A stretch of 54,578 nucleotides of DNA, the filler included, from Sluysia triapertura (taxonomy: Eukaryota), in assembly GCA_046118255.1 (NCBI GenBank). It is 4 parts of 4 records of this genome, joined end to end, with 100 filler letters (N's around TTAATTAATTAA, not from the genome) between each part and the next. Parts side by side here need not be neighbours in the genome. Positions count along the whole stretch, not along the records: positions 1 to 14,989 come from JBJNIA010242325.1; 3 more parts are not named here. The stretch is one strand, 5' to 3'. How positions within the stretch are numbered: the stretch's first letter is position 1; the number at the start of each line of letters is the position of its first letter. Positions 1 to 13,286 of the stretch are shown here, piece after piece. The notes beneath the pieces are model-generated. The model was given only the letters and a program-made list of their open reading frames with translations, did no database searches and was not told the origin of the DNA. The position numbers and the translations under genes were made by a program.

Positions 1-834
1 TGTTTGTGATGAGGTTTATGTGGTTGATGGTGATAGTGGATGAGATGTATGTTATATGTTGTAGCGTGACACCACACCTTGTTTATAATTAATGTAACTT
101 TCACTTGCTTTATAATTCCATTTATTGTAGTCCGTACAGAGCAATTATGTTTTTTAATACAATTTTCAAAAGGAATAAACTGAAACCTTGAAAGTTATGC
201 AGACATTTTATTAAATGGTAAAAAATAAAAATATAAAGGTAATAAAAAATAAAATACTAGTAATAACAAAATAAGGTGAGGAAATATTAACAAAGATAGT
301 AAATATAGTAATAATAGTCAAACAACCCTTTAGTGATAAAAATAATTTTTAATTTAATTTGATTATAAATATTAAGAAATATTATTTAGAAGACTAAAAA
401 TATTTAAATTTTTAAGTTATATGTTATTTGTAAAAAAAGTAATTCAGCAGTCACTTTATTTTAATATATTAAAATAAATAAAAGGCGTACTTTTCATTTA
501 AGTTTTTTCTTGTGGATAGATTATACCGGGTATCAGTTATATTAATAAATTTTACGGCTATTTGTTACACTTTAGCAATGATAAAAGAGTAATAATGATA
601 AAATAATAATAGTTGTTAGTCCAACTGTTGAATATTCTATTTAATATTTTATTTAAGATATTTAAGTGCATTAGAAATGAAAAAAGTCATTTTTAAAACC
701 AAGAAAACTAAATAAAATTGAAATTAAAAGTGAATTGAAAATTATTTAAGGATTTTAGATAAGTTAGGATATGGCTCATTTTTAAAATGTGAACCAATCA
801 TTTTATATATATTAATATTTTTTATGTACTTCAG

Positions 835-1360
835 AAATCATATTTTGTTGAGCAAAGACACTGCTTTAAATAAGATGGAAGGATTGATGAAGACCATCAC
901 CAGTTTAGAAGATGTCGAAAATAAAGGAACTCGTGCCTTAGAAGCTGCAATCGAAGCGATGCAGAAAGAAATGAATGTGTTAGAGGCCTGGAGTCCTGAG
1001 CAAAATTTTGACTTTGATAATGAAGGTATAATTAAATTTTTAAATTAAATATAAAAATGAGTTAAAATGCTTTATTTTTTAACACAATTGTCAACATTTT
1101 AATACTATAGAATTTAATTAAATTAATTGTTTTTTTTATTTAGTTCCAATGCGTTACACCGAAGATTCTGAGTTGGCTAATGTCGACGATGAAAGTCTTT
1201 ATAGCGTCAGTGACTTAGTATTGATGACTAAACCCTTAATTCTGGCTAGTGAGAAAGCTAAAGAAGCAATGCAAACTTTTCGTCAAGACACGGTTAAAAA
1301 TACTTTTGTATAAATGTTTAATATTAAACATTTTAGGGTTTAAAAATTCTTAAAAATACG

Positions 1361-1416
<56 letters not shown>

Positions 1417-3918
1417 AATGTCAATATCCAACTCGACTATAAAAGAAGTAAACTCGAACTTTATTAAATTTTTCAAATTTTTGTTTGCATTATAAATTGG
1501 TCAAATTATTGCTTTATATTACGATCCTACTTTCTTTCCTGAACGCAATAATTTACCTTGAAATAATAACGAATTTTTAAAAATTATTCCTTTATTTTAG
1601 TAAATTTCAAGTAACTGACAGTAACTTCAGTTATCCAAATTATCTGTAACAATAAGTAAACTTTTATCACTTGTCTAAAATAAATAACAATGAATTTATA
1701 ATATGATGTCCATGAATTCAATAGTTTGAATTTTTTGAACGTCTCTATTGCATTTTTATAAGTAATCTCTTTTCAAACAAAATTAATCCAAAAAATTAAT
1801 TAAAAAATATTTTTACTAAAATGGTTAAATGCTACATATCACTAAAAATAAAATCTATTACGAAAAATAATCAAAATGGTATAATTATAATACTTGTACA
1901 CTCCGCCTTAAAATTTGTTGTAAATGTTTTATTTTATTCAACTTTAATCTAATTTTTTAATTAATTAAATATTTTATAATATTTACTTTTCACTGAAATT
2001 GACTAGATTCAAATTTGGTAATATCCACAATCAATAATTAGATTTAACTGCGTGATTATATTGATTCAATTGAACTTTTATTAACATTTTTGCAAACTCC
2101 CGGTACATTTATAATATTAGTTATCTTTTTATTTAGTTAATTCTATATCATGTGTATTATGTATTACCTTTTAAGATTATAATTTTAAATTTTGTAAGAT
2201 CCTTGATGCTCATTTAAAAAACGTCATTTCGATAACCATTCATAGAGGTACTTTTAATTTTGATGATCAATCTTTTATGCTCATAAATGAGTGGTCTAAA
2301 TGTTTATTAGCAGTAGAAATTAATTAATACAACTTTGTGTAACTAGAACACTAGACACATCTAAAGCTACTAATAATTAAGGATATATTAACTTCTTTAT
2401 TTCGAAATTTAAGTACTGGGAAGTTTTCTGTAGTGGCGTATGATACAATTTTTCAAATAATCAATGTTTACAAATATCAATATGAATCAAGTAATTATAA
2501 AGAGTATGAATATTAGTTAATTATTATAAGATAAAATGATGTGTCTTATATAATCGAAATTTATTTAGATTTTAATAGCAGCAAACTTTTGTCGAAAAGC
2601 AATCCAAGACTTTAGCAGACATCTTCGAAAAACAGTAGCTCTGCAAATGGACAATACAAGCAGTCAAAAGAAACGTGCGCGCATATTATTTGGTGGAGAT
2701 AATCAGGTACTTGATAAAGAAGAAAAAAGTGTAGAGAAAATTATTGAGCATGGCAAAGGCGCAGTGAAAGCATTGATTGAAATGTATGAACAATTGAATC
2801 GTGCAGTTGCAGAGACGAAAACTGGTGTTGGAAAAGTAGCGCAGCAGCAGGAAAAGAAAGGTGTTGGAAGAACTATGAGTAGTGTAGCAGAAAGTTACAA
2901 AATGCAAGCGAATTTAGCGGCAAGACGTCTGGCACATGCTGTACATGAAGTTGGAGAAAATGCACAATATTTTGTTACTATTGAAGAAACCCGCAATTCT
3001 AATGAAGAGTCTTCCATTGTTGATAGACAAGGTCAGTCGTCAGATGCAGTACAAGAAGATTTAGAAGATGCTACTCGTAAAATAGAAGCAGTAGCTCAAA
3101 AATTGGCTATGCTGAAAAAACCAAAGAAAAGTGAATCGCTTCAGGACACATCACCAAGATTACCACTGTACGAACAAGAGATATGTACAGATGCACAGCC
3201 AAATGTTGAAGATTCTGATGACGATGACGAGTTTCTTCGCAATTGTAAAGCAGTTGTTAAAGCTACTCAGCAGTTATTGATCGCGGCAGGACGAACTCAA
3301 CGTGAATTTGAAGGTGCTTATCGATTAGTAGGAGCAGCTCGAGTTGTGGCTGCAGCAACAGAAGCATTATGTGGCGCTGCAAGAGTAGTCGTTCTCAGTT
3401 CTGAGTCCCCGACCAGTCAACAACAATCTAGTGTTATATCAGCAGCTAATCAAGTTGCTGCTGGAACTGCTAGATTATTGTTAGATGGACAAGTTGTTGC
3501 AGCTGGTTCTCAGACTTCTGGATTGCGAGATTTACAAGCTGCAGGTGCTCAAGTGCGTAAATCGACTGATACTTTAGTTCGTCAAGTAAATCAAATTTCT
3601 ACTACGAGTAACGATACTATTACAGAAATAATTCCTGGTAAACTGTCAACCAGTATTGTTACTTCCATGAAAAGTGTTAGCTTTGTTTTATTCTCTATAT
3701 TGTGGACTTGTAAAGAACATATCACTTTGTATTAAAAGCATAATTTTTTAATTATATTTTGAAATCATTGAATTTGCAATTTATTTTAGGTAATTTCTGC
3801 CCAAGCAGAATTAATTGCCAAAGAAAAGGAATTAGAAATGCTGCGTAACAAATACAACACGATTCGACAAGAGCATATAAAAACACATCCAGAATATTTT
3901 GTAGATAATGATAAATAA
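835..3918 (+). CDS. TLN: Talin-family protein, 3' part (end of rod, I/LWEQ/THATCH domain, dimerisation helix). Exons 835-1025, 1144-1292, 2569-3675, 3790-3918; 5' exons lie outside the window
   Basis: Phase-compatible GT-AG splicing gives LMKTITSLEDVENKGTRALEAAIEAM...DLVLMTKPLILASEKA...RQDT|ILIAANFCRKAIQD...IEAVAQKLAMLK...AARVVAAATEALC...SAANQVAAGTARLL...LQAAGAQVRKSTDTLV...|VISAQAELIAKEKELEMLRNK..., stop TAA at 3916-3918. These match recalled talin motifs KGTRALEA, AARMVAAAT, LQAAGNAVK and IIAAQEEMLRKEREL. Confidence 0.93.
1361..1414. repeat. (ATT)n microsatellite in a talin intron
   Basis: Perfect trinucleotide run. Confidence 0.97.
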
Positions 3919-4643
3919 AGGTGATAATAACACTATAAATTCAACTATGACGCCAATAATTTATTGTATTATGTTATTCTCATTTTAAATTAAAATTTGA
4001 GTTCTTTTTTATTTATATTGATGTAAGATTACTTATTAACCGTAAATTTCAGTAGTTTTCTAGTAATATGTTATATGAACATTGTTTTGACTTCCTGACT
4101 CTATATAGTAAACTAATATGTTTATTTAAATTTTAAATATTTTTTATACAAACTTTTTTGATAGACTGAAGGTTAATTTTAAACTTTAAAAAGTTTTAAT
4201 ATTCAATTATAGTTTGGTAGGTTAGGTCAGTTTATCACTAGGATTTATATACATAAAACGTTGCTCCTTGCCTTAAAGTACTAAGGAGAATATACAATAT
4301 TACAAAATTAAGATAATTTAAGATAAGTTAAATTTCTGTGTTACAATGTAGAAAAAATATACATCAAATTAATGCTCATTAAGACATACTGTTTATCACA
4401 AGTTAATATTTGAAATAAGTTTTGTGCTTTGGATCAAATTTACATTCAATTTTAATTGATAAATAGAATTGTAAGAATAAGTGTTTTAATTTTATTCTGA
4501 ATTGTATGGGTTCACAAAACTATATCTTTAGATAATTGTAAAGCGATAATTCGACGGAAATTACTAATAAATTTTGTTTATTGAAATTGGACAGTATAAA
4601 CAAATTCTAAAGAATAAGCACTTTCTGTAGACGAACACATTAA

Positions 4644-4869
4644 CTCGTTCGCTACCAGGGTATAATTTGAAAAACCTACCCCACAGACCAGAACGTTTTT
4701 GGGGATAATACAACACTAATTGAAATAGAAATTACTTATATATAAAAAACAACTTACTTAAATTAGAACCTACTTAAATTAGCAAAAAATAACTGGCACA
4801 TATATGTGCCACTGGTCTCTGGTAACGAATTACAGTGGCACACATATGTGCCGGCTGGTAGCGAACGAG
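4644..4869. mobile_element. piggyBac-type MITE, about 226 bp
   Basis: Perfect 15-bp TIRs CTCGTTCGCTACCAG (4644-4658) and CTGGTAGCGAACGAG (4855-4869), with TTAA on both sides (4640-4643, 4870-4873). No ORF. Confidence 0.88.
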
Positions 4870-6811
4870 TTAAAGTACAAATTTGTTAAGTAGAAATTAA
4901 CTAACATTGTACTCTAAGAAGAAATAACTTTTTCATACTTAATAAAATCCCCGTATCTTCATTTTATTCAAATTCTGTGAACGTTTCGGATCACTCTTTT
5001 CATTTGTTAATTATTTGTGATCATGGGGTTAATATTTTTGAAGAAAACCACATCATTTAATTCTCTCAATAATGTCAGTTTGAGTGCAATAATGTAATGT
5101 AAAATGGAACATTCTCATAAAATTTATGCACTTATTTTATACGTTAAGATTTTGAATTTAATATAAATGCTTAATTTAAGCTTAGTCTTTTGCATAATTG
5201 ATCAAAAGTAGCTCGACTATTACCAAAATTTTATTAAATACAAGAATCAGCAGATAATATATGATAACAGATACAAGAATTTAATAGATAAAAAAATAAA
5301 AATGATCATAGTTATTTATTGGCCTTTAATCTAGTGTCAACCAATGTCTTAAAATTAATATTGCCCTCAGTAAATCGAGGATTATAAAAAATTTGAGTTG
5401 GTTAATTCACATTAAATGGGTTAAATCTAACTTACTAATTTGTAGTATAGAAAAGCATAGTATGGCGAATAAGCTAAATTAACAAAGTAGATTGTGTTAC
5501 CAAAAGTGAATTAAAGCTTATGACAATAAATTTAATATACTAGTTCATTTATTAGCATCAACCAATCAAATTCCGGAACATTCTAGGATTTTCGATTTCT
5601 ATTTTAGAAAATATTTTCTATTTCCGAAATGAAGTTTCTTTTATAAAAAATTATTTCTTTTATCTGGAAATGGCTTTCTTTGTTAAATGTAAGAATTATC
5701 AATTTCTCAAAACAATTTGACATGTCAACTAGAATAACTAGAATGTTGGCAATTGACAAACTAAATTTTGTAAATTAAAAGGTGCAATATAAATTCTGAG
5801 AGCATTTTTTGACAAATCATTTTCAACCATATTCACTTCTTGTGCACGAATATTTTGGTTAATTATTTGCTTATTTTTATAAGTTTTAAAAATACTCTGT
5901 TTAATAATAAAAAGTGAATTTTTAATTTTATTATCCATTATCGAGGATGTCATTGACAACAACTCAACAGACTTCCTAAAATGAACTGATCTGCATTCAA
6001 CACCAGAACTTCTAAGTACAAAGCCACTTACTTACTTAACAATTTATTCATATTACAGTCGATTGTTGAATTGACACTTAGACCATACAATGCACAACAT
6101 GATTTTAGATACAATAAAAAATGTTAGCATCATTTATAATCTCCTGCTTGACCATGATAATGGGCATTTTGAAGATAGTGATGCTTTTCCTGGCCGATTT
6201 CAGTTATCGTGGAATATCTGTAATATCAAAATGATACTTCGATTCATATCAACTTTACAACTCTATATTAGATTGTGCTACATCTGCACCAGGATTAAAT
6301 AAATTTTTACAACTTTTCTAAACAATTTTCTGTGAACGCATTGGTGAATCTAGCTTTGCAGAATACTGCATTCACATATTATACAGGATCATAAAATATT
6401 ACTAAATAATTTACTGGCTTTACTTATCTATATACTTATCACCAATGCGGACAAAAATTATAAAATCAATTTATTATTAAAAAACTAAACTTACATTAAA
6501 ATCGGACATTTTTGAACACACTAACGAAAGTTTCAACATCTACGTACGCTAGTGTGTCATATTAGTGCCCTTTGATTTGCACTACACTAAATTAAAAACT
6601 GATTTTAAATGGTTTTGAAACACACAATATAACTATATTAAAACACAAAAAATTATCAGAACTATGTAAACAAAAACAAATACGTAAATATATTGTTTAC
6701 TACTATTTACAATTAATCATTTTTAAATAAAATCCATTTATTTAAATGAATAATAATCATAATAATTAATGGTGATATAATAAATGATTTCTTGAATTTC
6801 TATAATCAAAT

Positions 6812-7868
6812 CTACGAATTTGGAGATGATGAGAAATAGTTTGAAGATGCACTCGTATTGCTAGTATTACAAAAATTAGTAAAATTTAAATTTGAACCAT
6901 TTAATTGATGATTGTGAGTAATATTCGTAGTATTATTTGGATGTGGTTGTGGTTGTGGTTGTTGAGTTGGTACAATTTGATTTGGTGTAGTCTGATTAGG
7001 ATGAAACTTTAACATATTTGGTAATGCAACAGCAGCTGCCATTTGAGGAAAATTTGAAATAAATTGGTTATTATTAGAATTATTATCATAATTTGTATTA
7101 TTTATTAATGTTGTACGAGATTGTGAAAACGGTACGGGTGAATAATTAGGTATCATTTGTGCTGATTGCCATTTCATGCAATCATATGGATTTGTAATAT
7201 TATTATTAGTATTAATATTACTAGCACTATTAAAATTAGGATCTGTATGATAAATCGGTTGACTGACATAATGCAAATGTTCCATTAAACCTGAATAAAG
7301 CGCATCATGTGTTGTTAAACCTTCACGTAAAGTTAAATAACGTGACACTTCATTTATACAATCACGAAAACCACTTAATCTTACATCTAATATTCCTTGA
7401 TAACCACCATACGATAAACGTGGATCTATTAAATTTAATTGATTTTTTTAAATAATACCTTTTGATTTAATTTCTTTCAAATAATCTACAGTTAATTTCA
7501 ATATTTCTGCTTTTTCTAACTTCGTAGTATTTTGCTTAGCTAATGCAGTTGGTACTAATTCTTTCAACTCTGATAAACTATTGTTTATACGATCTCTTCT
7601 ACGTTTTTCAATTTTCTAAATCATTATAAAATATTAAATGTATTTTCTTTTATTACTGTTTCTTTTATTGTTTATAAATTAACTTACACCTCGGCGTTTC
7701 TTTTTTTCAGCATCAATTTCTTGTCCACCATTTCTTTTAAAAAAAGATAATTTCAAAAAATATCAACAAATTTTACTTAATATACTCCGAATATTCATCT
7801 TCAAATTCACTAGAGCATAGATTTGTTTCTAATTTCATTCTGTTGTTTCCAGGACTAGAAATATGCAT
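6812..7868 (-). CDS. hey: Hey (hairy/E(spl)-related) bHLH-Orange transcription factor. Exons 7868-7786, 7733-7688, 7615-7459, 7425-6812
   Basis: Spliced translation MHISSPG...EKKKRRG|[50 protein letters not shown]...[23 protein letters not shown]..., then an N/Q/P-rich tail. The basic-region Gly is diagnostic of Hey rather than Hes (Pro). GT-AG introns of 52, 72 and 33 nt. An in-frame stop lies upstream of the ATG. Confidence 0.93.
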
Positions 7869-7872
7869 TAAA

Positions 7873-7878
7873 CACGTG
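7873..7878. promoter_or_regulatory. Class B E-box CACGTG 4 nt upstream of the hey ATG
   Basis: Motif seen directly; any function is inferred. Confidence 0.25.
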
Positions 7879-8895
7879 CTTAACGGTTCGTCTTTTTATT
7901 CGAGCAACGTTCAAAACAATAATAATTAAGATTGACCGTATGCTAATATTTTTTAAAATATATTAATAATCTATTATCTAATTAAACATTCTTCGGCATA
8001 TGTTTCTGGCCGTTAATAAAATTATATAATGATTGGATATTTTTAATTGATGTCAATTTATCCCAACCAATAATAATTTTTGTATAGAAGTATGTATTTC
8101 CGATAAAAATATTCGTGTATTAGCTCAATACATTTTCATCACAGTTTATTATACAAACAGGTGTTTTGTGTTTTACAAATATTATATAAAGAATCGATGC
8201 ATTCGATTATGAAATTTAATGATGCAATTTTCAATTGGATAAAAATGTATGGAAATTTTTATTTTTCAAAACATTATTAAACTAAAAATTCGTATTAAGC
8301 TAATATGTACTTTTATAATATGCATAAAATAAATTTTTAAATAACACATAAAGCCTATTTTACATTTCAAATTAAGAAAAATTTTTTAGTATTTTTATTT
8401 ACAAAATAATTGTATAGTTTTTAGCCTACGCGTAGGTGTAATTTAAGTACCAAACTAAGTTTGATTAATTGGTCAAGTACATGAATTTTAAGATTAAAAG
8501 TAATGATAAATATAAAATAAGTTGTAAATATCACTAATAAATCAGCTAAAATATTGTTCATTAATTTATATAAATTCAAAAAGATTACAAATAGTTTTAT
8601 AGTAAAATAAGTAAGGTATTTAAATTATTAAATTGTCTATCTACTTAAATAAAAAACAAAATGTTAATCAAATATTTATAAACTCATGGTCATTAGCTAT
8701 ATAGTACAATTATAAATAACACTCATTTTCGTGTTAACTGAATATTCTATTAAATTTAATACTAAAATGAATAAAGAATAAATAAATAGAGTAATGCAAA
8801 AGATGTATATTTAGTTTTATAGTGATTACTTTTTAAAATATATTTAATATTTTATTTTGATATAATTTTACTAGGTTTCTAAAAATCATTTGCTG

Positions 8896-8972
<77 letters not shown>
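8896..8972. repeat. (ATT)n microsatellite
   Basis: Perfect run; explains the poly-Ile ORF 8890-9102. Confidence 0.97.
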
Positions 8973-8973
<1 letters not shown>

Positions 8974-11900
8974 AGTATTAATATTATTATTATTAATACT
9001 TTATTAATTTTACTTTTTTATCACATGAATTGCCCTAAAAATCATTCATGCAAATTCTGTCCATTGAATCGATTCATAACTTTCTCTCCACGAAGAAGTT
9101 AGTTGTAAATTACGCTGTAAAATATGGAAGTGCTAATAATACGTTTTTAATTATCGTTACATGTATTAAAATTGAAGAACAAAAGAATTAATCACTAAAT
9201 CAAATTATGATAATGTGGATATTAAATTAAGTATTATAAGATTATACTTTAATTATTAATTTTGGTTTCAATTTTTATAATAACAATAGTTATAATAATA
9301 ATTATTATAATTCTAATTATAATAATAATAATATACTGATATGAAGTCTTTAACAATATTATCAACAAATTAATGCAATTATCACCAAATTTATTTACAT
9401 GATTATAATAAAGACATCACTTTTGTGATAAGTCATTAACTAGCTTTTAATATAGCTATAATCAGTTGGATTGTTTGTAATGACTTTAAACATCATATTT
9501 TAATCAAATAAAATTGTACTTTATGTATTAACAGGTGTGATTCTGATTTATTTTTGAAAACAAAATTACAAATCTTTTTAAAGCACTAGAAACATTTTCA
9601 TTTTCATTTACAAACTGTCAAAATTCGTTGATTGTACTTATTTACTTTATTAGCACTAAATAAACATATAAATATTGAATCAATAAAACACCTCAAATTT
9701 GATTATAATATAAATATTTGTAATAATAATAATAATTTCCTTTATTAAGGTAGTTAATAGAATTTTATTTTTTAAGTAAAACAAATTTCAAGGTCACATT
9801 TCAATTGGGTTATACTTAATAAAAACATTATGGCAGATTTAAACTAAATTTGTTACTGATTACAACTAAAAAAGTAATATGTATAAATACTAATAAGTCT
9901 TCATGTATGCTAAATAATGATGTGTATAGTATAATATAATAATAATAGTTATAATAATAGTAATAATAATAGTAATAATAATAATAATCAATACCAGATG
10001 GTTTAGTAAAATAACAAATGTGTTTAGAATGATGTGAGATGGATCTTGAGAAATGTGGTTGTATATAATTCTCAACCGTTTGGCGTCTCTGGGATAGAAC
10101 CGGTGGCCCATTAGATCTATTTTCTGAGTTGCTAGGCTAAAATAGAAGTGATATAACAACTTCTTTAAGATAGTTGTATTTAGTTATTTTATGTTATCAA
10201 AATTATATGTATAATTTCGTTTTGTTTGTTAAGAGTCATTTTTATTGTTTTAACATTGGATGAATTAAATTATCAGCTTTAGTTGTTATATTTTCTTAAA
10301 TGTGGTTTTATTGTTATTTACATTTTAAGATTTATTTATACTTTGTTTTATTCTTTTAAATGAACAATAAAAGTGATTGACAGATGGAGGTTTGTGTTGT
10401 TATGGAAAAATATGCAATTTTATATAAATTATTATTCATAATAAAATATTAAGTTAATAAAGTATTAACTATTGTTAAAAAGTTTACATTATCAAATTAT
10501 AATTAGATAATTATAAGATTATCAAGCAATTAGCATAAACCATGATAAAAACTCCAAAATGAAATGTATATATATGTGTGTACATTTACATGTTAAGTGC
10601 ATTACATAGTATTTAAAATTTTAGCAGACTTAATTCACTAAAGCTGCTTTTAGAGTTTTCAATACATTTTTAGTACTCTATTGATTTGAAGAATCTCTTG
10701 GGATATGATTTTGTTTTTGTTTTGCTATCTAAATATTTTGATTATATTGAGATTAAAAGATTTTTAAAAAATCAATTTTATAATGTACATAGTTTATTGT
10801 TTTTGGTTAATTTTTATATTTCTTTAATCTGCTTTATTGCATTAGATAAAATAATATTTAAATTTTGGGTTTATATTATTTATAATTTTAGACTGATTTT
10901 ATAAAAATAATTTGAAAAAAAAACATTAATTTTTATTTTATACTTATTATATATTGATTTTTTACGATATTTTTTATCAGTATAAATGTATCATTGTGTG
11001 TATGTGTGTGTCCATGCTTGTGCAATGAATGATTCACCTGATTTATCTTTTTTGCTATTATCTAATAAGACAAGTTAAATTATTGAATGATAATATAATT
11101 TAACAAGTGTTATCTAAGGCGTTCCATTAAAAATGATTAGAGTGATATAGCATAATAAAAAGAACATTAACATTTTTTATCATAAGTTATTTATAACAAA
11201 TATACTTAAAGCATAGATTTAATAGCAATTTATTACTCTAAGTGGTATTTTAAAAGTGGCATACTATGGTATGTTATACTTTTTTTTACAATATTTTGAT
11301 AGATAACTTCGTCCTATAGTTAATTTCTATTAAATATGACCTATTTCTTTCTTCTTTTAACTCAATAATATGGCCATTTTTACCTATATATTAATTATTT
11401 TTTACATATATACATTTAGTGGTTTTGTAGGCTGTTAATATTCGTTTTCCATTTTTATTATCATAAAATCATGCATTTTCTTTCTTACATTGCTTCTTTT
11501 TAATTCGTAAGCTTTTCTTTTGTGTACTACTCATTTAACTGAAATACCTGTAACTGGATGAACGACTATACAATAATAGGGCGATTAATTATCATTCAAA
11601 TAAATAGCTAATCGATTTGTTGTATTTCTAAAGATTTAAAGTGTTAAATGGTAAACGGAGATCTTTTATTTTAACATTATGCCAAAAATAAAACTTAAGA
11701 AAATAGAATATCTTACTATTATTAATAGTATGATCAAGTAAATCAGAAAATTCACATTAACATTACTTTTTTAAGTTTGCAAATAAAGGTATTATTTCTT
11801 GGAACTACAATCACGTGACATTATAAAAGTCATATTATAGAATATTTAATTGTTATTAGACATTTGATATTAGTTTTGATATTGCTGTCTTCCAAAACTA

Positions 11901-13224
11901 GATGTTGACTCCCGTACAAGCCATCATATTTGAAATTAAATTTTTCGAAAGCTGTGATAGGATTCTTTTGGATAATTATGAATAATTTATAATAATGGAA
12001 GACCGTACAGGTATTTTGTAATTAGTATTAAGAAGAATGTGCTAATACATAACATAATTATTCACTTTTACAACGTTTAATTTCGAATTTAATGTTAATC
12101 ATAAAATGTGGAAAGATAAAGAGAATATTAAGTAACTTGATACTGGTTTTATGATTCCTATTAAAATTGGATAATTAACTGTTTGAAAAGTAAAAGTGAC
12201 TCGACAAAAAAATTGTTGATCGTTCACTCATTAGATCAAAACTTCTAGTAGTTAGTTCATACTCACAATTTCATCTTAAATGTTTAAAATTCACTAATTT
12301 GTTTACAGTTAATTTGAAGTAATCTCTGGAAATTGTTATATTTTAACAATCACTCTATGATTGCTTTATGCCTAGGTTTTAAATAAAAAGGTATTTTCGG
12401 TATTGTGTTTTACGATTCAGTCGTTAGATTTTTGATTGTTGGCAATACGAGAATAAGTGTGAGAACGCTTCGTAAGAAGTCTCATTTCGACCGCAATCAG
12501 TTAATTATCAGCAATGCGATTCATGATTTTGTTTGCATAGTCTATACGCCGGATCTTTAAGTACTGTTAAGTTAACAAAGAAAGAGTTTTTAGGTTGAAA
12601 ACTATGTTGTTTACATAAAAGAAGAAAGAGGATATGTTGGAATTGATATGAGGTTGTACGCGTTTTGCAAAGTAATTAATATTTAAGTAGGCTGAAGTGC
12701 AACTGATTGACATTAACAAATACTAACTAATTACTTAATTTATTTATCGTGAAGGTTCTGCTCTATCACTTCATTTGCTTTAGAAACTTTTACATAACCA
12801 GAACTATTAAAGATCAGATAGCAAAGATCGCTATTTTCTTTAATATTAACTTTCACGAGTCTGATAACATGTTACAAGGTTTAGTAAGAATGTGACAGAC
12901 CTTTTGAAAAATACATTAAATTTTTAATTTTATTTTACTGTTTTCTTTGTTAATTTTTGTCCATCTAATTTAATTTTTAATCTGTCTAATTTTTTCTACT
13001 AAATCGAATTGGTGAAACTTTTTACCAATAATTTTAATTGCTAAATTTTTGTGTACTTTTCACTGCTAATTTTATAAATACACATGCAGTCATATAAATT
13101 GGTTGTAAGTTACATTCTGAAATGTGTAAGTAACATATCCATTGAAATGTGACTTGGTAGTGAGGTAGCTAATTCACATTTGATTGGATTTTGGTATAAT
13201 TTTGGAAGCCATTTTTTATCAAGA

Positions 13225-13225
<1 letters not shown>

Positions 13226-13285
<60 letters not shown>
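13226..13285. repeat. (TTA)n microsatellite
   Basis: Perfect run. Confidence 0.97.

Positions 13286-13286
<1 letters not shown>

Noticed and set aside
5738-6370. Possible retroviral protease remnant (LFNPGADV) on the minus strand
   Set aside because: The catalytic DTG is not intact and the surrounding frames are uninformative.
8890-9102. Poly-Ile/Asn ORFs (also 9890-10159, 24063-24275, 37764-37946, 42610-42798) and X-containing ORFs at gaps
   Set aside because: Artefacts of (AAT)n microsatellites and N runs.
12459-12465. Su(H)/RBPJ site GTGAGAA upstream of hey
   Set aside because: A single 7-mer 4.6 kb away, expected by chance.
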